Shown piece after piece: positions 34,943 through 46,700 of a stretch of 64,000 nt of DNA (positions within the stretch are counted from its first letter, which is position 1; each line of letters starts with the position of its first letter). The stretch is from NCBI GenBank assembly GCA_002269645.1, contig NIVC01003836.1, positions 1-64,000 of the forward strand, given 5' to 3'. Position numbers and translations under genes: made by a program. The DNA comes from Macrostomum lignano. Taxonomy: Eukaryota. The notes under the pieces are model-generated. The model was not told where the DNA came from. It saw only the letters and a program-made list of their open reading frames with translations, and did no database searches.

Positions 34943-35190
34943 GGGATTGCCATCATAAACTCGAAAAATCACATCGTCGAAAACAAGGCTCCATCACAAG
35001 CTCGAAAAGGCACAAGCTCTAACCCTAACCCTAACCCCAAGGCACAAACCCTAACCGTAACCCCAACCCTAACCTAACCCTAAACTAACCCTAAAGGCAC
35101 AAGCTCTGACCCTAACCCTATTCGAGCTTGTGATGGTGGTTGCTAAATCAGTTTTCGACGATGTGATTTTTCGAGCTTATGATGGCCCCC
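34943..35190. mobile_element. MITE-like element with internal degenerate (TTAGGG)n telomeric repeats
   Basis: Inverted repeats ccatcataaactcgaaaaatcacatcgtcgaaaac / gttttcgacgatgtgatttttcgagcttatgatgg, plus an inner pair ccatcacaagctcgaa / ttcgagcttgtgatgg. Internal ccctaaccctaa runs. The 8-bp direct flank CCAAACAA occurs on both sides. Confidence 0.7.
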
Positions 35191-36184
35191 CCAAACAAGG
35201 ACAGAGTCGCAATCATGTAAACACTTACAGTTCGAGTTTGAAACCGATGTTTCTCAAGATCAATTAAACCCCTCCGTCAGGAAATGAAATTGTTGTCTTT
35301 TGCGCGTTTATTGCCGTGCTGGCTAAGAGCGCGAAACTTTTGGTTTGGGGTGGCGAGCAGATCGAATGAGGCCACAAAAAAAGAGAAGAAATGCTCAGCT
35401 GAGCAGAGTGCTGCTGCTGTAGCTCTTGTGTTTATAAGCAGTAGGCGAAAATAAGAGAGAAGGTACTGAAAAATTGTGCACACACACTGTCGAAGCTTCT
35501 CTGCTCCAAGTGAAAGAGAATTCTGCTTGGTCTTCCAAAAGAGACTCTCCAAAAGGTGTATCATCGGTAAGAGACAGAGCTCAAATTCTCAGCCAATGAG
35601 TATACGGAATGCTTGCTATTTCCATGTTCCTACACTGAGTAAGCTGTTATTTTAATACCATGACACGGCAGATGCGCTCTTAAAGTAGCCATGAACTCAA
35701 ATCTGACAAATTTGTGTAATTATAGTGTTGTACAGATTGCCTGCTGTTGTGATAGCACCATCGGCACATTGCAGCTCTGCTTTTGTGGGTGCATTGTGTC
35801 CACTATGTATGAAACCTCTATTGGTGGGAACATTAGAGCAAAAAGTGAATGATGAGCTGCAAAACGTATAATGATATCAACCTTAGACAATCGCTCGACT
35901 CAGTAGGTCACAATCCTGGAAAACCACCTGCCACAGGTCATGTTTCACAGATCACCTATCTATCACGGAAGAGCGATACTGGATAGTTACATGTACAGAA
36001 TTTTGTTTACAAGGCAATTAATGTTATTTTATGATGAAGTCAGTTCCTATTTGATTACACGTTTATTTCGTGCGATAATGACATGACTGAGTGATTAAAA
36101 TGAAATTTAAAATCAAACCGTCACCCGTCAGTCAAGGATGTACCGCATCAGTCAGTTTAAAGACCCAATGACCACACCAGCCTC

Positions 36185-37646
36185 CTAATCAGTGCCGCTG
36201 GTGTTGCAGCTCACGTGGTACCAGGTGATGGCATCCATCAGGTTCGGGTCCGTGCCCTTCACGCACTGGCAGTCGGCGCCTCTCACCTTCATGGTGGCTC
36301 CCGGCTCGTAGAACACATTGCGACCCTCGGCCTCGTTCCACACCTCGCAGCCATTGAGGCGGCACACCCACTCGGTCTGGTCGCTGCGCCGGCGGCCAAG
36401 GATGTAGGCGAAGCCGCACCTGCACAGGTCGTTGCCGACCGTCTTCTCGGCGCCGTACGTGTCGCACGGCTCACCGCAGCTGGCCACGGCGAACAGGCTG
36501 CGGTTTGCGGGGTGGGGGTTAGTGTCTGGTACAGGACTTCCATTGTCCCTGTTGGACAGGTGTCTGATACAGCTGACTATCATTGTCATCTGTTGGACAG
36601 GTGTCTGGTACAGCTGACTATCATTGTCACCTGTTGGACAGGTGTCTGATACAGCTGACTATCATTGTCCCCTGTTGGACAGGTGTCTGATACAGCTGAC
36701 TATCATTGTCACCTGTTGGACAGGTGTCTGATACAGCTGACTATCATTGTCACCTGTTGGACAGGTGTCTGATACAGCTGACTATCATTGTCACCTGTTG
36801 GACAGGTGTCTGATACAGGACTTCCAGTGTCTCCTGTTCGACAGGTGTCTGATACAGGACTTCCAGTGTCACCTGTTGGACAGGTGTCTGATACAGCTGA
36901 CTATCATTGTCACCTGTTGGACAGGTGTCTGGTACAGCTGACTTCCAGTGTCACTTGTTGGACAGGTGTCTGGTACAGGACTCCAGTGTCACTTGTTGGA
37001 CAGGTGTCTGGTACAGGACTTCCAGTGTCACCTGTTGGACAGATGTCTGGTACAGGACTTCCAGTGTCACCTGTTGGACAGGTGTCTGGTACAGCTGACT
37101 TCCAGTGTCACTTGTTGGACAGGTGTCTGGTACAGGACTTCCAGTGTCACCTGTTGGACAGGTGTCTGGTACAGGACTTCCAGTGTCACCTGTTGGACAG
37201 GTGTCTGGTACAGCTGACTTCCAGTGTCACTTGTTGGACAGGTGTCTGGTACAGGACTCCAGTGTCACCTGTTGGACAGGTGTCTGGTACAGGACTTCCA
37301 GTGTCACCTGTTGGACAGGTGTCTGGTACAGCTGACTTCCAGTGTCACTTGTTGGACAGGTGTCTGGTACAGGACTCCAGTGTCACCTGTTGGACAGATG
37401 TCTGATACAGGACTCCCATTGTCACCTGTTGGACAGGTGTCTGATAAAGGACTCCCACTGTCACCTGTTGGACAGGTGTCTGATACAGCTGACCTCCATT
37501 GTCACCTGTTGGACAGGTGTCTGATACAGGTGTCAGTCCCAGAAGTCCTAGTCACGTCTCCTACTCATCTAAAATCCAACCAGTTAAACAAAAGAAGCTC
37601 ACCATGTCACCAGGACAGCCGCAGCTCCGAAGGTCTTGGCAATCAT
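36185..37646 (-). CDS. Small secreted cysteine-rich protein, 118 aa (left arm, intact)
   Basis: TATAAAA at 37755-37749. Exon 1 37646-37603 and exon 2 36497-36185 (phase 2) give MIAKTFGAAAVLVTCLFAVASCGEPCDTYGAEKTVGNDLCRCGFAYILGRRRSDQTEWVCRLNGCEVWNEAEGRNVFYEPGATMKVRGADCQCVKGTDPNLMDAITWYHVSCNTSGTD*. AATAAA lies near 36062-36067. Confidence 0.8.
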
Positions 37647-38335
37647 ATCGATGGCTGTGGAGTTTCTGCAGAATATTTCTCTGTAGAAGGCTTTACTTGT
37701 CTCGTTGCAGAGCAAAGTTTGTCTCAATGGGCAGCAGGACCTGCTTATTTTTATAGACTCTGGCACGTTGACAATGCACTGCGTTATTTGGGGAGCAGGT
37801 CGGTTCTTTAATTATTTAGTAATTGTTTTCATTGCATAATCAGGTACCTCGATTTCTAAATATTCAGAATGTATTCAGAGAACACAATAAATTGCTAGTC
37901 ATAGCCAACACAGATACATGTAAGAAAACATAATGGATTGCTAGACTAGCCAAACACAGATAGGAGAGAAGAATGGATTGCTAGACTCTGCACAAGATTA
38001 CAAAAGAGATTATTAACAAATTCGTTTTTGCTTGTCCTTCAAAGAACTAAAACTTTATTTAAAGATTATTAAAATTCTTTAAACTGATAGATCTGCCCGA
38101 TCCAGCACTTGCTGCACACTATTTAGAAATCGAGGTACCCTGATTATGCAATGAAAACAATTGATAAATAATTAAAGAAGCAACCTGCCCATCCATAACG
38201 CAGTGACGTGTCAACGTGCCAGAGTCTATAAAAATAAGCAGGCCCTGCTGCCCATTGAGACAAAATTAGCTCTGCAACGAGACAAGTAAAGCCTTCTACA
38301 GAGAAATATTCTGCAGAAACTCCACAGCCATCGAT

Positions 38336-40004
38336 ATGATTGCCAAGACCTTCGGAGCTGCGGCTGTCCTGGTGACATGGTGAGCTTCTTTTGTTTAACT
38401 GGTTGGATTTTAGATGAGTAGGAGACGTGACTAGGACTTCTGGGACTGACACCTGTCCAACAGGTGACAATGGAAGTCCTGTATCAGACACCTGTCCAAC
38501 AGGTGACAATGAAAGTCAGCTGTATCAGACACCTGTCCAACAGGTGACAATGATAGTCAGCTGTATCAGACACCTGTCCAACAGATGACAATGATAGTCA
38601 GCTGTATCAGACACCTGTCCAACAGGTGACAATGAAAGTCAGCTGTATCAGACACCTGTCCAACAGGTGACAATGGAAGTCAGCTGTATCAGACACCTGT
38701 CCAACAGGTGACAATGATAGTCAGCTGTACCAGACACCTGTCCAACAGATGACAATGATAGTCAGCTGTATCAGACACCTGTCCAACAGGTGACAATGAT
38801 AGTCAGCTGTATCAGACACCTGTCCAACAGGTGACAATGATAGTCAGCTGTACCAGACACCTGTCCAACAGATGACAATGATAGTCAGCTGTATCAGACA
38901 CCTGTCCAACAGATGACAATGATAGTCAGCTGTACCAGACACCTGTCCAACAGATGACAATGATAGTCAGCTGTATCAGACACCTGTCCAACAGGTGACA
39001 ATGATAGTCAGCTGTATCAGACACCTGTCCAACAGGTGACAATGAAAGTCAGCTGTATCAGACACCTGTCCAACAGGGGACAATGATAGTCAGCTGTATC
39101 AGACACCTGTCCAACAGGTGACAATGATAGTCAGCTGTATCAGACACCTGTCCAACAGGTGACAATGGAAGTCAGCTGTATCAGACACCTGTCCAACAGG
39201 TGACACTGGAAGTCCTGTACCAGACACCTGTCCAACAGGTGACAATGATAGTCAGCTGTACCAGACACCTGTCCAACAGGTGACAATGAAAGTCAGCTGT
39301 ATCAGACACCTGTCCAACAGGTGACAATGAAAGTCAGCTGTATCAGACACCTGTCCAACAGGTGACACTGGAAGTCCTGTATCAGACACCTGTCGAACAG
39401 GAGACACTGGAAGTCCTGTATCAGACACCTGTCCAACAGGTGACAATGATAGTCAGCTGTATCAGACACCTGTCCAACAGGTGACAATGAAAGTCAGCTG
39501 TATCAGACACCTGTCCAACAGGGGACAATGATAGTCAGCTGTATCAGACACCTGTCCAACAGGTGACAATGATAGTCAGCTGTACCAGACACCTGTCCAA
39601 CAGATGACAATGATAGTCAGCTGTATCAGACACCTGTCCAACAGGGGACAATGGAAGTCCTGTACCAGACACTAACCCCCACCCCGCAAACCCGCAGCCT
39701 GTTCGCCGTGGCCAGCTGCGGTGAGCCGTGCGACACGTACGGCGCGAGAAGACGGTCGGCAACGACCTGTGCAGGTGCGGCTTCGCCTACATCCTTGGCC
39801 GCCGGCGCAGCGACCAGACCGAGTGGGTGTGCGCCTCAATGGCCTGCGAGGTGTCGAGGCCGAGGGTCGCAATGTGTTCTACGAGCCGGGAGCCACCATG
39901 AAGGTGAGAGGCGCCGACTGCCAGTGCGTGAAGGCACGGACCCGAACCTGATGGATGCCATCACCTGGTACCACGTGAGCTGCAACACCAGCGGCACTGA
40001 TTAG
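38336..40004 (+). pseudogene. Mirror copy of the secreted Cys-rich gene (right arm), with apparent frameshifts in exon 2
   Basis: TATAAAA at 38227. Exon 1 (38336-38379) is identical to the left copy. Exon 2 (39698-40004) has several 1-3-nt indels relative to the left copy (e.g. ggcgcgag vs ggcgccgag, gaaggcac vs gaagggcac). These may be consensus errors. Confidence 0.6.
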
Positions 40005-40706
40005 GAGGCTGGTGTGGTCATTGGGTCTTTAAACTGACTGATGCGCGTACATCCTTGACTGACGGGTGACGGTTTGACTTTAAATTTCATTTTAATCACT
40101 CAGTCATGTTATTTTTTATTGTATATTGTGTAGGCTATATACTAGCAATCTACTGTTGTTTACTGTCCGTGAATTAGTCACTTCCTATCAGTGCTTAAAT
40201 ATAATGAGTATGATTAATTGATTTGATAATACCATAGTAATAAATAGAATAATAATAAACAATACTATCCATTGCCAAGTATATAATTATAATAGTACGT
40301 ATTTAAAGTAAATTTAAACGAAAGTCAAGGTCAAAATGCTTAAATTTTAATCACAGCATCAGTAAAAGCAACGAATCCGTAGTTAGTGTAAACTTGCCTC
40401 TATATATTTTATTGCTCAATTTTGTTTAACTGCAGCAAAAAAAAATAACAAAGAAGCGATAAGGCAGCAGGTTACAAAAGTATAAAATTTGAGACTAGAA
40501 GCTTTGATTAGGATTTGATAATTGACTTCTTTAGTAAAAATCAAGTTTGACAGCACAAGCGGCTAAAAATAACAATATTGAAATTATTGAAAAAAATGGA
40601 TTATTGCACGTTTAAGATACAGAAATTTCATTTTAGAGAAATTTTATCAACAAATATTCGTTCATTGCACAGAAAACACTTGGATAGCTGGACCGTTATG
40701 GCACAT

Positions 40707-43700
40707 TCAGTGTCGGTTATTTCTTCTTTGCGAACCGGTATCGAAGTCTTTTTGACTCTCCTGAATTTAAGTGCATGCCAGACATGTCAGAAAAATAAGA
40801 TAACATCGGGATCAGGTGACATCGGGATCAGGTGACATCGGGATCAGGTGACATCGGGATCAGGTGACATCGGATCAGGTGACATCGGATCAGGTGACAT
40901 CGGGATCAGGTGACATCGGGATCAGGTGACATCGGGATCAGGTGACATCGGGATCAGGTGACATCGGGATCAGGTGACATCGGGATCAGGTGACATCGGG
41001 ATCAGGTGACATCGGGATCAGGTGACATCGGATCAGGTGACATCGGGATCAGGTGACATCGGGATCAGGTGACATCGGATCAGGTGACATCGGGATCAGG
41101 TGACATCGGGATCAGGTGACATCGGGATCAGGTGACATCGGGATCAGGTGACATCGGGATCAGGTGACATCGGATCAGGTGACATCGGGATCAGGTGACA
41201 TCGGATCAGGTGACATCGGATCAGGTGACATCGGGATCAGGTGACATCGGGATCAGGTGACATCGGGATCAGGTGACATCGGGATCAGGTGACATCGGGA
41301 TCAGGTGACATCGGATCAGGTGACATCGGGATCAGGTGACATCGGATCAGGTGACATCGGATCAGGTGACATCGGGATCAGGTGACATCGGATCAGGTGA
41401 CATCGGGATCAAATGTTCTCTTGCCTCCGCTAGCTCGACCAGGCGTTGCAGAGCCTCCTCGCTGAGGTCAAAGTCCTCCACTACGGACCAGGTGCCCTTC
41501 GGCTGAAATCTGACTGGAAAGCTGAACACCACGCCCTCCGGGATGCCGTACCAGCCTGGGGTTTTTTGCATGGTTCAAAATCATTGTTGAAGCAAGCGAA
41601 TAAAACTTAAGAAATAAATCATTAGTACAGGAGGGAGAACTCAGTCACATTGGTACAGGATCAGTGGGAGAACTCAGTCACATTGTACAGGATCAGTGGG
41701 AGAACTCAGTCACATTGGTACAGGAACAGGATCAGGGGAGAACTCAGTCACATTGGTACAGGATCAGTGGGAGAACTCAGTCACATTGGTACAGGATCAG
41801 TGGGAGAACTCAGTCACATTGGTACAGGATCAGTGGGAGAACTCAGTCACATTGGTACAGGATCAGTGGAGAACTCAGTCACATTGGTACAGGATCAGTG
41901 GGAGAACTCAGTCACATTGGTACAGGATAAGTGGGAGAACTCAGTCACATTGGTACAGAAGCCGGAGCAGTGCTCACCCTTGGATGCGATGCCCAGCGAG
42001 GTGACGCCGCCTCCGGCCGCCTGTCCGAGCCACCAATCTCGTAGGGTGTCGGCCGTGGCCCGGGCGAGGCTGGCCGCAAAGTGTCCGGCCGCCTTGCCGT
42101 CGGTCGCCAGAGACTCTCGGCCTGCCGCTTGGCCAGCAGCCTGGGCAGATCGGTCTGGACCCATTCCTGGTCCCACAACGGCTCGGACAGTGGCCGCTTG
42201 TACCAATCTGGCCCGGTCACGGCGCCAGTCTCCTCGCCGCCCAGGTTGCGCGGTCCAGCTCCGGCCAGTGGCCGCCGGCCGGGTCACCCCAGATGACCAG
42301 GTCGCCCACGCATGCCGGATTCACCTCGTAGCGGCCCTGGCCGAGCCGGGCGGCTACGGCGCCCTTGGCCCAGCGCTCCATCAGGCGCGGAGTGGCGGCC
42401 ACCCTGTCCGGGTGTGGGGCCGAGGGGCCACCGCCGCGGGCCCGGCCAGCGCGGACCATTCGAGAAGGACGCGAGCGCCGAAGTTCACCGGGGCGCGGCC
42501 GGAGACGAGGATTCTGGGATGGGGTGGTCGGGGTATTTGAGCGATGGGAAACTGATCTCTAGTTAGCTGTTAGTGGGGGCCGTAGCCCAGTGATGAGTTA
42601 GCGGCCCAGGCTCGATTCCAAGTGCAGTCACCATTAATTTGAGGCTAAATTGGAATCTCGGCTTGGCTCTGTTCGTGCAATTAACGCCCTGAGGACCAAC
42701 CCCCAAGGCACAGTGAAGTGTACATGCCTAACGATAAATAAATAGGGCCGCTGTACACTCCTGTGTGAGTGTGTGCCTGCTCAGGGGAGTCGGCGGAATG
42801 GGCAGTAATGCTCTCCGGTTGTGTGACAATGTCGCTTAAAGTGCGCCAGGGTGCACATGGCCCTCTGCCTGTGATAACAAAGGAAGCATGCAGCATCATC
42901 AGCAGCAGCACCTCCAGCACCGGCTGCGGGCAGTGCGACTCGACGCGGATGATGCGGCCTGCCAGCTGGAGCCGCCGACGGCAGTTACTAATCCTACAGA
43001 TTAAAATTACATGTACCTAATGGATTTCAGGTAACGTAGTTTAGCAGTGCTCTCACGAATGCGGCGGGCCCGCCGCAGCCAGCCGCCTGGATGGCGGCCG
43101 CGTACTCCGCATACAGACTGGCGTAGCGCCTCAGCCAATGGAGCGAGCCTCGCCCTGATTGGCTGGCGAGTCACCCGACGCTGCTGACTGCGACGGCTCG
43201 AGTTCGTCAGCAACACCAGCAGTTCGGCGCCGGCCAGCGCGTCTGCGAGACTTCGCGTGCATCTGATGGAGCGGACAAGCGGCTGGGCCAGGTCTCGTGA
43301 CTTCCATGCCAGACCCTTGGTAATTTGAGGAGTGAGTGTTGAGTTTTTTAAGTTATTTCGTTCACAAATATTTATTTAGGGGCGTAGCCAGGGAGGGGCA
43401 AGGGCTGTACTTCCATCTCCCTAACCGGATGGCAAAGTCTATGGCGCCCCTGGTGCTAAAGCCTCTGGTGCTGGCGCCCCTGGTGCTAAAGGCCTTCAAA
43501 TTAAATGGCACTCCCTCCCTTAAAAATTCTGGCTAAGCCCCCATATCATATTAACAAACTAAACGCATTGCGGTATACAAATAGAAAAACAAAATTAATG
43601 TGAGTCCAACAAACAATTACGAGTATTTTTGACTTGCCTTGATTTGTGAATAAAAAATGGAGGTAGCGCAAAGCCAACTTGCATACCATGTTGATGTAAT

Positions 43701-46700
43701 TGCCTCCCGTGTAACAATCAGTCTCAAAAACTGCACAGGTTTTTATTGTTGCCATTTTAGCAGTTTCAAGATACTATTTAAAAAAGGTTCATAATTTTTA
43801 TACCTGGCTTCTAATTAGTATCTCTTCATTCAATGGATATTGAGATAGACACTTGGGATGTCTTGACAGAAAACTAATTATACCTTATCTTCATATCTCC
43901 TGTCTCACCTATCTTTCCCCTAACTCTCCCCTACCTCTCCCCTATCTCTCCCCTACCTCTCCCCTACATCTCCCCTACCTCTCCCCTACATCTCCTCTAC
44001 CTCTCCCCTACCTCTCCCCTAACTCTCCCCTACCTCTCCCCTACATCTCCCCTACCTCTCCCCTACCTCTCCCCTACATCTCCTCTACCTCTCCCCTACC
44101 TCTCCCCTAACTCTCCCCTACCTCTCCCCTACATCTCCCCTACCTCTCCTCTACCTCTCCCCTACCTCTCCCCTACCTCTCCCCTACCTCTCCTCTACCT
44201 CTCCCCTACCTCTCCTCTACCTCTCCCCTACCTCTCCCCTACCTCTCCCCTACATCTCCTCTACCTCTCCCCTACCTCTCCCCTACCTCTCCCCTACCTC
44301 TCCCCTACATCTCCCCTACCTCTCCTCTACCTCTCCCCTACCTCTCCCCTACCTCTCCCCTAACTCTCCCCTACCTCTCCCCTACCTCTCCCCTATCTCT
44401 CCCCTACCTCTCCCCTACATCTCCCCTACATCTCCCCTACCTCTCCCCTACATCTCCCCTACATCTCCCCTACATCTCCCCTACCTCTCCCCTACATCTC
44501 CCCTACATCTCCCCTACATCTCCTCTACCTCTCCCCTACCTCTCCCCTACCTCTCCCCTATCTCTCCCCTACCTCTCCCCTATCTCTCCCCTACCTCTCC
44601 CCTACATCTCCCCTACCTCTCCCCTACATCTCCTCTACCTCTCCCCTACCTCTCCCCTACCTCTCCCCTACCTCTCCCCTACATCTCCCCTACCTCTCCT
44701 CTACCTCTCCCCTACCTCTCCCCTACCTCTCCCCTAACTCTCCCCTACCTCTCCCCTACCTCTCCCCTATCTCTCCCCTACCTCTCCCCTACATCTCCCC
44801 TACATCTCCCCTACCTCTCCCCTACATCTCCCCTACATCTCCCCTACATCTCCTCTACCTCTCCCCTACCTCTCCCCTACCTCTCCCCTACATCTCCCCT
44901 ACCTCTCCCCTACATCTCCCCTACCTCTCCCCTACCTCTCCCCTACCTCTCCCCTACATCTCCTCTACCTCTCCCCTACCTCTCCCCTACCTCTCCCCTA
45001 ACTCTCCCCTACCTCTCCCCTATCTCTCCCCTACCTCTCCCCTATCTCTCCCCTACCTCTCCCCTACATCTCCCCTACATCTCCCCTACATCTCCTCTAC
45101 CTCTCCCCTACCTCTCCCCTACCTCTCCCCTACATCTCCCCTACCTCTCCCCTACATCTCCCCTACCTCTCCCCTACCTCTCCCCTACCTCTCCCCTACA
45201 TCTCCTCTACCTCTCCCCTACCTCTCCCCTACCTCTCCCCTAACTCTCCCCTACCTCTCCCCTATCTCTCCCCTACCTCTCCCCTATCTCTCCCCTACCT
45301 CTCCCTTACATCTCCCCTACCTCTCCCCTACTCTCCCTACCTCTCCCCTACCTCTCCCCTACCTCTCCCCTACCTCTCCCCTACATCTCCCCTACCTCTC
45401 CTCTACCTCTCCCCTACCTCTCCCCTACCTCTCCCCTAACTCTCCCCTACCTCTCCCCTATCTCTCCCCTACCTCTCCCCTACATCTCCCCTACATCTCC
45501 CCTACCTCTCCCCTACATCTCCCCTACATCTCCCCTACCTCTCCCCTACATCTCCTCTACCTCTCCCCTACCTCTCCCCTACATCTCCCCTACCTCTCCC
45601 CTACATCTCCCCTACCTCTCCCCTACCTCTCCCCTACCTCTCCCCTAACTCTCCCCTACATCTCCCCTATCTCTCCCCTACCTCTCCCCTACATCTCCCC
45701 TACATCTCCCCTACATCTCCTCTACCTCTCCCCTACCTCTCCCCTACCTCTCCCCTACCTCTCCCCTACCTCTCCCCTACCTCTCCCCTACATCTCCTCT
45801 ACCTCTCCCCTACCTCTCCCCTACCTCTCCCCTACATCTCCCCTACCTCTCCCCTACATCTCCTCTACCTCTCCCCTACATCTCCCCTACCTCTCCCCTA
45901 CATCTCCCCTATCTGTCCCCTACCTCTCCCCTACCTCTCCCTATCTGTCCCTATCTGTCCCCTATATTTCCCTTATCTCTCCCCTATCTCTCCTCTACCT
46001 CTCCCCTACCTCTCCCCTACCTCTCCCCTAACTCTCCCCTACCTCTCCCCTATCTCTCCCCTACCTCTCCCCTATCTCTCCCCTACCTCTCCCCTACATC
46101 TCCCCTACCTCTCCCCTACATCTCCTCTACCTCTCCCCTACCTCTCCCCTACCTCTCCCCTACCTCTCCCCTACATCTCCCCTACCTCTCCTCTACCTCT
46201 CCCCTACCTCTCCCCTACCTCTCCCCTAACTCTCCCCTACCTCTCCCCTATCTCTCCCCTACCTCTCCCCTACATCTCCCCTACATCTCCCCTACCTCTC
46301 CCCTACATCTCCCCTACATCTCCCCTACATCTCCTCTACCTCTCCCCTACCTCTCCCCTACCTCTCCCCTACATCTCCCCTACCTCTCCCCTACATCTCC
46401 CCTACCTCTCCCCTACCTCTCCCCTAACTCTCCCCTACCTCTCCCCTACATCTCCTCTACCTCTCCCCTACCTCTCCCCTACCTCTCCCCTACCTCTCCC
46501 CTACATCTCCCCTACCTCTCCTCTACCTCTCCCCTACCTCTCCCCTACCTCTCCCCTAACTCTCCCCTACCTCTCCCCTACCTCTCCCCTATCTCTCCCC
46601 TACCTCTCCCCTACATCTCCCCTACATCTCCCCTACCTCTCCCCTACATCTCCCCTACATCTCCCCTACATCTCCTCTACCTCTCCCCTACCTCTCCCCT

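Larger units (their letters stand above)
36081..40109. repeat. Large inverted duplication (arms 36081-37862 and 38120-40109, spacer 257 bp) containing a 39-41-bp intronic minisatellite in each arm
   Basis: Exons, promoter and 3' UTR are reverse complements. Arrays (ctgttggacaggtgtctgatacagctgactatcattgtcac)n lie at 36535-37530 and 38452-39665. Confidence 0.93.

Noticed and set aside
42886-43003. Short GC-rich coding-like stretch (MQHHQQQHLQ..) after SINE copy B
   Set aside because: Only about 38 codons, antisense within an MDH1B intron and not needed for the MDH1B alignment; insufficient evidence.
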